Assembly (NCBI GenBank): GCA_028023455.1
Contig: JAQFVV010000007.1
Location: 19,716,001 to 19,780,000 of the forward strand
Source of the DNA: Epiperipatus broadwayi
Taxonomy: Eukaryota > Animalia > Onychophora
Direction of reading: 5' to 3'
Length of the DNA: 64,000 nt
The notes under the pieces are model-generated. The model searched no databases. It saw only the letters and a list, made by a program, of their open reading frames with translations, and was not told the origin of the DNA. This document shows positions 53,401-64,000 of this stretch, piece by piece; the stretch's first letter is position 1; the number at the start of each line of letters is the position of its first letter. The position numbers and the translations under genes are program-made.

Positions 53401-55754
53401 AGTATTATTGTAGGGTGTGGGTTTGTAGATAGGTGTAGGTTAATGGTGTTGATCAGTTGATGAATTAGTGTAGATTTATTATATAAGTACAGTGATATAA
53501 TGTTCAGTTTAAAATCTTTATTATGAAGTGACAATATTATCATATGCTGGTCACAGTATAATATTTTAAAGGATTGGATTGAAGAGGTGTGGTGAATCAA
53601 AAAACTAATGCCTGCCATTGAGTAGCCGTTGTACTAATTGTTCTGATTTTCCTGTGGGGTGTTGTCTTGTCCAATACAGTTCCTGTGGTGAAGCTGTTGA
53701 GTTGACATTCTGTTTATTAGATTTGTGTTTCTTCTTGACTGGTTTACAAGAGTCTGTTAAGCTTTCAGGAGATTCTGCTGTTTCTGTGGTATCCATTTGA
53801 GTGGTTATTTGGTGTGAATATTTATTGATTTCAATTTGTTGTTTATTTTTTTAAGCTTAGTTGTTTGTTGTATTCTGTAGTTGCTGGGCTCTTCATCACT
53901 ATAATAAGAGGAGGCCACTTCTATTTCTTGTTCATCATTTGAATCTGGTGTGGAATTATCTGTGTTTAAGCTACTTGTTATTTGCATCTGTGTGTTGTTT
54001 AGAGGACATACGATAGGTATATTATCTGGGTTTAATAAACTTGCCAATTGCATTTGTGTGCTGTTTAAAGAGAATGGGGTGGGCATTTGTTCTTCACTTG
54101 TCTTGATAGTTTTATCACTGACTGAGGGCATTGTATTTGAAAAAACTGGACATTGGTGCCTTTCACTTGATTTGAGGCCGCAATTGCCACATATTCTTTT
54201 AGGACAGTCTCTTATCACGTGTGTGTGCTGTTTACAGGAAAAACACTGAGGAGGTGTGCCTCTAAAGGTAATAACAAGCAGTAATTTACCTGTGGAGAAT
54301 ACTGTTGGTATGTCTAATGCAGTCACATTTTTATTTAATTGTATATTAAATGTCACTCCATACATTCTAATTGGAATTGGTGTTCTTTTCTCCGTTAATT
54401 AAAATTTGTTATTTTTCCGTACTTTTCCAATAGCGATTGTAAATTTGCTTCCGTGAAACCAATACGACAATTTCTAATCATGCCTTGTGTCACAAGAGCG
54501 TGCTCTGTATCGATATAGCAAATAATTTTGTTATTTAAAAATTTGACGTGCTTTCTAAAAATATCTTTTTGTGTCTTGTTGTGAAATTCAAAACACAAAT
54601 ATCTGTTATTGGGATGGTATAGTATTTGGTGGATGTAACTCCATAATTTCATTTGTGTTATTTTGTCATAAAATTCATCTATTGGGAATTTATATAATTC
54701 GGCGTCCGCATTTGTTACCACCATTATGAGTGATTTATCGCTATAAAAACTTTTGAACGACGTTAATAGCGGTAGTGGAATTGTTTTATTAAAATTATTA
54801 GTATATTGGTCATATAATTCTTGTGTAATATAATGAAGTTGATCTTGGTGTATATCGTTGTGATGTTATTGATCCTCAGTATCGTTATCGATTCCCATAA
54901 GCTCTGCAAAAGACTCGGTGTCCGACTGAACATAATCCATCGACACGTGAAGATCGGCCTTTACAGCTCTAGCATACGTATTGTTATTATTTGCGTGTGA
55001 ATTTAGATTATTGTGGTGGTCATTTGATTTTTCTCTAGTATTTTGCTGAAGTATGGGTGAATCTACTGAATAAGAGCTTTGAGATGCGCTCCTATCCAAT
55101 GGTGGAGAATTGGTAGGGTTTGCTTCGGGCTTTCTCAGGTATGGTGTATTTATTTTGTCTAATTTTTTAAAACTTTCCGATTGCACATATAGTGCTGTAT
55201 TTGTTTTCTCGGTGTCTTTATTTGCATTATTGGAATAATTTTCATTTGATATCCGGGTAGGAGATATGGTTTTCCTTTCCAAGGGTGGAAAATTAATGTT
55301 GTTAGTCTCAGGCCTTCGAATGCATGTTTCTGCTTTACCGGTATTTTTTCCCAATAATTTTTCTTTCATGATATGTGATTCAAATGCTGATTCAATATTT
55401 TGATCACTAGGAATTTGATCTGGATTGTTTGATTCTATTATAATTGAACTATTGATAGCTTGAATGAATGACTGAATTTGTTTTTGATACTCGGCAGTAC
55501 TCCCAATTGTATTGAACGCATCGGCCATTTTACATTCTTACAAATGGCGCTTGCCTGGACGTTATTTTTTAATAATAATCAAAACTCTAATTATAAATGA
55601 TTTTCTCTTACCTTTAAGATGTGATAATGTTCTTCTTACTAAATCTGTCACAAATAACATCAATTAGGTCTATTACAACGGAAAAAGATAACTAATATTT
55701 CAAAGTGAAAAGGAGCTAGATATGTAACAGTCTATCTGCATGGATGCCATCTTG
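50401..55754 (-). mobile_element. Full-length Tx1/L1-clade LINE, copy A (inactivated)
   Basis: Colinear with copy B (roughly 90% identical by eye). It has several stops and frameshifts, and a ~370-bp deletion removes the ORF1 C-terminus and the ORF2 endonuclease N-terminus. 5' end CAAGATGGCATCC; 3' end AATAAAGCTGTTTTAAAA. Confidence 0.95.
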
Positions 55755-56220
<466 letters not shown>

Positions 56221-56474
56221 GTTTTAAAACAGCTTTATTAAGTAAAAATGTTGTCATACATAGTGGGGAAAAAAAGGTAACTTACATTGTTTCATCAGTT
56301 ACATTGCATTTTACAGTGAAATAACAAGCATTAAAGTGGGGAACAGTCAGTTAATGGGCATGTTTTATGACAATAAAAAAAACCGCAAAAAAAAGGTAAA
56401 AAATAAAAAAAAAATTAATAAATAAAGTTCTTCTTCAGGTAATGTTTTCTCCGTATGTAATTGTGGGATTGTGA

Positions 56475-57416
56475 TTAGGATGTCGGCATCTGAATTGATT
56501 TCCAAGTATCTGTGAATAGTCCAACAGGGGCAAGTAATTGGTCTCTCTTCTTTATTGCTTGTAATTTATTTAGGAAAATTGTTCTGTATTTGCGAGAAGT
56601 GGGGTTGAAAACAAAATGACAGCGCACAAACGAGAGTGTGAAAAAAAAGTATGTGTGTATTCTGATTGAGGTAAAATTACCTGCCTGTATTGCATTAATT
56701 AACAACAATAGTATGGTATCATTACTCCCAGTGAGTGTTGCAATTAGTTCTCTATAAATGTTAAGAGCACGACAGTCAGTGATAATATAATTAATGGTCT
56801 CCTCATCCCTATGACAAAGCACACATATTGGATTGAGGTTGGCATTTTTCATTCTTGTTGTCAGAAAATAATTTGTTGGTAAGGCATCAAGATTAATCTT
56901 TACTAAAAAGTCAAGATGTTTTGGTTCTAGGTGCCAATATTTGAATTTTTTTATAAGTGTCTTATTTGATATTGAAAGACTACTGCTATGGTAATGAGTG
57001 GTAGAGTTTGCATTTATAATTTGATATGCATCCCAGTATTTTATTTTATTTGCTGTTTGATCATTCTGCTTATTGTACATATTTATTAAAACCAAAAGGT
57101 TATGTATGAATTTGTTACTAGTGGGTGGAGGTGTATCTGTTGGAACTATTGGAATGAAGACTTCACCAAACTCAAAGTTGGTTATAAATTTTTGAATAGT
57201 GTTATATGCCTTTTGAAAAAAAAAGGTAGTAATGCTGTGCAGTGAAAGGCCGTTATCTTTGGAATGTTTTTGTAGCTTGTTGATACTAATGGATACAGTT
57301 TTTTTGTTCCAAATTAACTGCATGCACAAAGAATTGATCTTGCGAATAAATGAGTTGGTGAATTTAATAATTGGGGCATAATAATTAATTTTAGGAAAAA
57401 TTAACATATTGATCAA
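56475..57416 (-). CDS. LINE ORF2 C-terminal part with zinc-finger-like motif (separated by a frameshift near 57550)
   Basis: CVLCHRDEETINYIITDC (copy A has ...IDHIITDC). Copy B lacks 2 nt next to a G-run relative to copy A. Confidence 0.85.
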   Translation of the reverse strand: MINMLIFPKINYYAPIIKFTNSFIRKINSLCMQLIWNKKTVSISINKLQKHSKDNGLSLHSITTFFFQKAYNTIQKFITNFEFGEVFIPIVPTDTPPPTSNKFIHNLLVLINMYNKQNDQTANKIKYWDAYQIINANSTTHYHSSSLSISNKTLIKKFKYWHLEPKHLDFLVKINLDALPTNYFLTTRMKNANLNPICVLCHRDEETINYIITDCRALNIYRELIATLTGSNDTILLLLINAIQAGNFTSIRIHTYFFFTLSFVRCHFVFNPTSRKYRTIFLNKLQAIKKRDQLLAPVGLFTDTWKSIQMPTS

Positions 57417-57489
57417 AGAAATTTTACTATGAATTGATAAATAAGCTTTAGTTAAAGAATTGATTAATTTATTGATTGAATTTAGTAAG

Positions 57490-59703
57490 TTATTTTGTAT
57501 TAAAATTCTTGCTTGATTTGTAGAAAGGTGGAAAGGTATTCCAAGAAAGGGGTGGGGGGTGAGAGTTTATTGTCTTAATTGGTGAGCCTGTGAGTAGGGA
57601 CAACACAGCCATTTTTTCCTGATTAAATTTTAATTGATATTGTGTTGAATATTTTTCTAATATTTTATGTAAATCTGGTAACAATTGTTTTGAGGGGAGG
57701 AGGACTATTACATCATCCATGTAGGTGAGATGCTTAATTGTTTGTCTAAGTGTATGGGAGTACACACCCGGGAGCTTTGCTTTTATTTCTGCAAGAAATG
57801 GATTAATAAATGTGATAAATAGAAGCGAGCTGAGTGGAGAGCCCTGTGGTATAGAATTATGTGGAATGAAAGAAGGTGATATTTTTCCATTGAGGGTAAT
57901 TTGTAGGCTTCTATTTATTAATAAGTTAGCCAGTATATATATTATTGGTGTTGGAATATTGTATTTGCCTATTAAACACAGAAGGCTATCAACTGGCACA
58001 GAGTCAAATGCGGCTTCTATGTCTAGCTGAACTGCCACTGGTGCTGCCTTTCTTTTGGTTTTAATATCTTCCTGTATGATTCTAAATAGCATTAGTGCTT
58101 CTTGTATGGAGTTGCCTTTTTTGGCAAATTGGAATTTAGACAGATGCAGGAGTATTAAAGGCTGAATTTTGTCCTTAATAATGGACTCAATGATTTTTAT
58201 TATGAGTGGTGACATTGAAATCGGCCTTAAATTGTGAAGTGGGGATGGCTGTATGGTCTTTTTAAAAAATGGAACTATTGAAACTGGGTATAATAGATGG
58301 ATATTGTGTATCTGTTGAGACAAAAAGGTCAACATATTATATATTATAGGAATAGTGTAATAGTTAAGATGGTGATATAGAAAATTCGGGATGGCATGAA
58401 GTCCTGGGTGTGCATGATTTGGCATGCTGCTTATTTTTGCTTCAATGTCTTTTTTGGTGATATTATGTGATTTATTTGATATCCCAAAATAAAATTGCCC
58501 AAGATTGGGTTTAGGTCTTTGTTGAAATCGTGTTTTAAAGTGATCTAATATAGGGAGAATCATATTCTCACCTGTGATTATCTGATCTGCCATGAGAATG
58601 GATGATGGGGTTGGGCTTCTGCCACTATATCCCAGAGCCCAACGAATGTAGCCTGTCATCCAGTTGTGGGTGTCTCTAAGATATAGTTTAGCTTTTTTAA
58701 TTGATATATAGTTTGCCAGTATGAGTTGTGTGTCTTTATATTCTTGCTTAAGCTGAAGAATAGTGTTTATTGACTGTGGATTGGCTGTTGTGGAATTTAA
58801 TTTGTCCCTTATCAATTCTAGTTTATTTAATGTTTTGGTGGGTGGTGGATTTCTCATTGTGTAACGTTTGATTGTAGTGGTGAGAATGTTGATATAAGTA
58901 AACCAGGCTTCTGCTGGGGCTAGAGATAAAATGTCTAATCTATTCAATTGTATATAAGTTTCTGACAATACAGCTTCTGGTGCATTGGCTTTAAGTAAAA
59001 GACGAGTAGTGTTGGATAATGAAAGGGTTGGCTGGGTATATGTAGGTAGGCTGATTTCAACTTTTAGAGCATTATGGTCTGAGAAAGGGACTGAATGAAG
59101 TGAAGGTTTTATTTGAAAGTGGAGTTCAGGTGAATAAAAGAGTAAATCTATTAATGTTGAATGTTGTCTATTGTAAAATGAAATTGTGTTTGAAGGAAAG
59201 AAACCATCTGCACTCTTCAATTTCTTGTTAATATATTGCAAATATTTTCTTATGAAAGACTCATATGTCATGTTGAAATCACCTAGTATTATTGTAGGGT
59301 ATGGGTTTGTAGATAGGTGTAGGTTAATGGTGTTGATCAGTTGATGAATTAGTGTAGATTTATTATATAAGTACAGTGATATAATGTTCAGTTTAAAATC
59401 TTTATTATGAAGTGACAATATTATCATATGCTGGTCACAGTATAATATTTTAAAGGATTGGATTGGAGAGGTGTGATGAATCAAAAAGCCAACTCCTGCC
59501 GCTGAGTAGTTGGAAATTGAGAACTTGTTATAGCCAAATTTGTTCAAGTAATGGTCTGGTTTAAAGCTGGAGTTAACAGAATATTTAGTCTCAGTGAAAA
59601 AAAGCAAATGAGTAGGTGAATGTGTAAACCAATCTGTAATTGCATGCATTCTTTTTGTGGAATTGATTCCCCTCACATTGACTGTTGTGATTATTATTTT
59701 CAT
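57490..59703 (-). CDS. LINE ORF2, AP endonuclease and reverse transcriptase (N-terminal 737 aa)
   Basis: Endonuclease motifs TVNVRGIN, FTETK, LGDFN, IDLLF, SDH. RT motifs LRPISM, QLDIEAAFDSV, PQGSPLSSLLF, YMDD. Confidence 0.95.
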   Translation of the reverse strand: MKIIITTVNVRGINSTKRMHAITDWFTHSPTHLLFFTETKYSVNSSFKPDHYLNKFGYNKFSISNYSAAGVGFLIHHTSPIQSFKILYCDQHMIILSLHNKDFKLNIISLYLYNKSTLIHQLINTINLHLSTNPYPTIILGDFNMTYESFIRKYLQYINKKLKSADGFFPSNTISFYNRQHSTLIDLLFYSPELHFQIKPSLHSVPFSDHNALKVEISLPTYTQPTLSLSNTTRLLLKANAPEAVLSETYIQLNRLDILSLAPAEAWFTYINILTTTIKRYTMRNPPPTKTLNKLELIRDKLNSTTANPQSINTILQLKQEYKDTQLILANYISIKKAKLYLRDTHNWMTGYIRWALGYSGRSPTPSSILMADQIITGENMILPILDHFKTRFQQRPKPNLGQFYFGISNKSHNITKKDIEAKISSMPNHAHPGLHAIPNFLYHHLNYYTIPIIYNMLTFLSQQIHNIHLLYPVSIVPFFKKTIQPSPLHNLRPISMSPLIIKIIESIIKDKIQPLILLHLSKFQFAKKGNSIQEALMLFRIIQEDIKTKRKAAPVAVQLDIEAAFDSVPVDSLLCLIGKYNIPTPIIYILANLLINRSLQITLNGKISPSFIPHNSIPQGSPLSSLLFITFINPFLAEIKAKLPGVYSHTLRQTIKHLTYMDDVIVLLPSKQLLPDLHKILEKYSTQYQLKFNQEKMAVLSLLTGSPIKTINSHPPPLSWNTFPPFYKSSKNFNTK

Positions 59704-59736
59704 TTTCTAGTTAAAGTGGGGTGGGTGGATTAGTGT

Positions 59737-61794
59737 TCAAGCCTCTTGCGGCAAAATGGTTCGATTGTCAATACTTGCATCTACAGCTAATGATGTATTT
59801 ACAGTACTAGTGGCAGCCAAATGCTTCTTTTTTCTCGGTTTCCTGCGGTGGATGTCCACTCCTGCAGTGTAATCGAGCTGTTGTGCTATTTGTTCTGATT
59901 TTCCTGTGGGGTGTTGTCTTGTCCAATATGGTTCCTGTGGTGAAGCTGTTGAGTTGACATTCTGTTTATTTGATTTGTGTTTCTTCTTGACTGGTTTACA
60001 AGAGTCTGTTAAGCTGTCAGAAGATTCTGCTGTTTCCGTGGTATCCATTTGAGTCATAATATGGTGTGAATGTTTATTGATTTCAGTTTGTTGTTCATTT
60101 TTGTTTATTTTTTTAAGCTTAGTTGTTTGTTGTATTTTGTGGTTGCTGGGCTCTTCATCACTATAATAAGAGGAGGCCACTTCTATTTCTTGTTCATCAT
60201 TTGAATCTGGCGTGGAATTAGCTGTGTTTAAGCTATTTGTTATTTGCGTCTGTGTGTTGTCTAGAGGAGATACGATAGGTATATTATCTGGGTTTAATAA
60301 ACTTGGCGATTGCGTTTGTGTGTTATTTAAAGAAGGTGGGATGGGCATTTGTACTTCACTTGTCTTGATAGTTTTATCCCTGACTGAGGGCATTGTTTTA
60401 GAAAGAACTGGACATCTGTGCCTTTCACTTGATTTGAGGCCACAATTATCACATATTCTTTTAGGACAGTCTCTTATCACGTGTGTGCGCTGTTTACAGG
60501 AAAAACACTGAGGAGGTGTGCCTCTAAAGGTAATAACAAGCGGTAATTTACCTGTGGGGAATACTGTTGGTATGTCTAATGCAGTCACATTTTTATTTAA
60601 TTGTATATTAAATGTCACTGCATTCATTCTAATTGGAATTGGTGTTCTTTTTTCCGTTAAAAAATTAAAATTTGTTATTTTTCCGTAGTTTTCCAATAGC
60701 GATTGTAAATTTGCTTCCGTAAAACCAATATGACAATTTCTAATTATGCCTTGTGTCACTAGAGCTCACTCTAAATCGATATAGCAAATAATTTTGTTAT
60801 TTAAAAATTTGACGTGCTTTTTAAAAATATCTTTTTGTGTCTTGTTGTGAAATTCAAAACACAAATATCTGTTATTGGGATGGTATAGTATTTGGTGGAC
60901 ATAACTCCACAATTTCATTTGCGTTATTTTGTCATAAAATTCATCTATTGGGAATTTAAATAATTCGGCGTCCGCATTTGTTACCGCCATTATGAGTGAT
61001 TTGTCGCTATGAAAACTTTTGAACGAAGTTAATAGCGGTAGTGGAATCGTTTTATTAAAATTGTTAGTATATTGGTCATATAATTCTTGCGTAATATAAT
61101 GAAGTTGATCTTGGTGTGTATTGTTGTGATGTTGTTGATCCTCAGTATTGTTATCGATTCCCATAAGCTCTGCAAAAGACTCGACATCTGGCTGAACATA
61201 ATCCATCGACACTTGAATATCGGCCTTTACAGCTCTAGCATATGTATTGTTATTATTTGTGCATGAATTTTGATTATTGCGGTAGTCATTTGATTTTTCT
61301 CTAATATTCTGATGGAGTAGAGGTGAATCTACTGAATAAGAGCTTTGAGATGCACTTCTATCCAATGGTGGAGAATTGGTAGGGTATGCTTCGGGCTCTT
61401 TCAGGTACGTTGTATTTATTTTGTCTAATTTTTCATAACTTTCCGATTGCAAATATAATGCTGTATTTATTTTCTCGGTGTCTTTATTTGCACTATTGGA
61501 ATAATTTTTATTTGATATTCGGGTTGGAGATATGGTTTTCCTTCCCAAGGGCGGAAAATTAACGTTGTTAATCTCAGGCCTTCGAATGCATGTTTCCGCT
61601 TTATCGGTATTTTTTCCCGATAATTTTTCTTTCATAATATGTGATTCAAATGCTGAATCAATATTTTGATCACTAGTATTTTGATCTGGATTGTCTGATT
61701 CTATTATTATTGAACTATTGTTAGCTTGAATGAATGTCTGATTTTGTTTTTGATACTTGGCAGTCCTCCCATTTGTATTGAACACATCGGCCAT
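59737..61794 (-). pseudogene. LINE ORF1 (~685 aa if read through one TGA at 60766-60768): low-complexity N-terminus, RRM-like region, zinc knuckles
   Basis: ORFs 60766-61794 and 59737-60759 are in frame. Motifs: TYARAVK, QCFSCKQRTHVIRDC (CCHC) and CDNCGLKSSERHRC. Copy A has His (CAC) at the stop position. Confidence 0.85.
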
Positions 61795-62021
61795 TTTACA
61801 ATCTTACAAATGGCGCTTGCCTGTACGTTATTTTTCAAAAATAATCAAAACTCTAATTATAAATGTTTTTCTCTTACCTTTAAGATGTGGAAAAGCTCTT
61901 CTTCCTATATCTGTTACAAATAACATCAATTAGGCCTATTACGACGGAAAAAATCAACTAATATTTCAAAGTGAAAAGGAGCTTGATGTGAAACAGTCTA
62001 TCTGCATGGATGCCATCTTGG
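61795..62021 (-). promoter_or_regulatory. Candidate internal Pol II promoter with YY1-like motifs
   Basis: The 5' terminus is (tag)CCAAGATGGC. GCGCCATTTG and AAAATGGCCG lie at the ORF1 start. These motifs are conserved in copy A (55529-55754). Confidence 0.4.

Positions 62022-63120
<1,099 letters not shown>

Positions 63121-63194
<74 letters not shown>
63121..63194. repeat. 74-nt poly-C (poly-G on the element strand)
   Basis: Seen directly. Confidence 0.9.
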
Positions 63195-63416
<222 letters not shown>

Positions 63417-64000
63417 AAAGAAGAAGAAGAAATTGAAAGTGCATGAACTTTATAAACTTTTAACAAAATTATGTGAACTTTATAATATCTTGCGAAAATC
63501 TATGCAGAATTATTTAACAAAATCTAGAAACTCTCAGTTCAAGTTATATTCTGCTTATATAAAAGTCAGGTTAAAACAAGAGAATACATGTGTACTTTAT
63601 TATGCTATATTTTAAATTACTATGTAATGATAACTTTGTCTATTGTTTATGCTTATAAAAATAAAAATGTTTTATTAAAGAAATAAGTATGTGACTTACA
63701 AAGGATTAATTAATTACTACTATTTATTCAATGTATATGCTTAAGTTGAGTGGAAAGACATGGATATTGGATATTTCTCATTCTCCTCGATGCATGGGTT
63801 TATTATAAAACAAAATATTATTGCTTAAGGAATTGCGGATTACATGTGAACAATTAATTAGCAACTGACCACAAAATAATTATGTGTATGCTAACTTATA
63901 AATTATGGAAGCAAATGTTTTTTTCTTACAGAAACCTGTTAAACTACTGTTGAGTTAAATATTTCTAGAATTGCTTAAATGAGAAAGATTAAATTAATAC

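Larger units (their letters stand above)
56221..62021 (-). mobile_element. Full-length Tx1/L1-clade LINE, copy B (nearly intact, 5.8 kb)
   Basis: Order is 5'UTR (62021-61795), ORF1, a 33-nt spacer, ORF2, 3'UTR with AATAAA. Only one ORF1 stop and one ORF2 frameshift are apparent. Confidence 0.96.

Noticed and set aside
57530-57570. Programmed frameshift in ORF2 at a G-run
   Set aside because: Copy A is in frame across this site (SHAPHPFLGIPF), and copy B simply lacks 2 nt.
60766-60768. Programmed stop-codon readthrough in ORF1
   Set aside because: Copy A has a His codon (CAC) at the same position, so the TGA is a copy-specific lesion.

Overview
This is an AT-rich eukaryotic window, most plausibly from an invertebrate metazoan (inferred from the TE mix and a TTAGGG-type repeat). 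It is made almost entirely of transposable-element DNA and microsatellites, and I see no intact host protein gene. The main contents are: (i) a head-to-tail array of three Tx1/L1-clade LINEs on the minus strand (50.4-63.1 kb), two of them full length, each bounded on both sides by (TAG)n arrays; (ii) three copies of a non-coding palindromic element (~270-600 bp) whose arms carry a type I minimal hammerhead ribozyme motif, plus a related hammerhead in a Penelope-like terminal repeat; (iii) several Penelope-like (GIY-YIG) fragments with inverted ends, including a ~4.2 kb inverted pair; (iv) RTE LINEs, a decayed Ty3/Gypsy element, a non-autonomous LTR element and a solo LTR sitting in (TA)n tracts; (v) TIR elements, two with GG-initial TIRs and 8-bp TSDs (Merlin-like), one of which carries telomere-like repeats; (vi) a tRNA-Gly(TCC) retrocopy with a TSD; and (vii) one candidate non-coding spliced exon. 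All calls come from reading the sequence and ORF track by eye. No database searches were run, and identities and counts are visual estimates.
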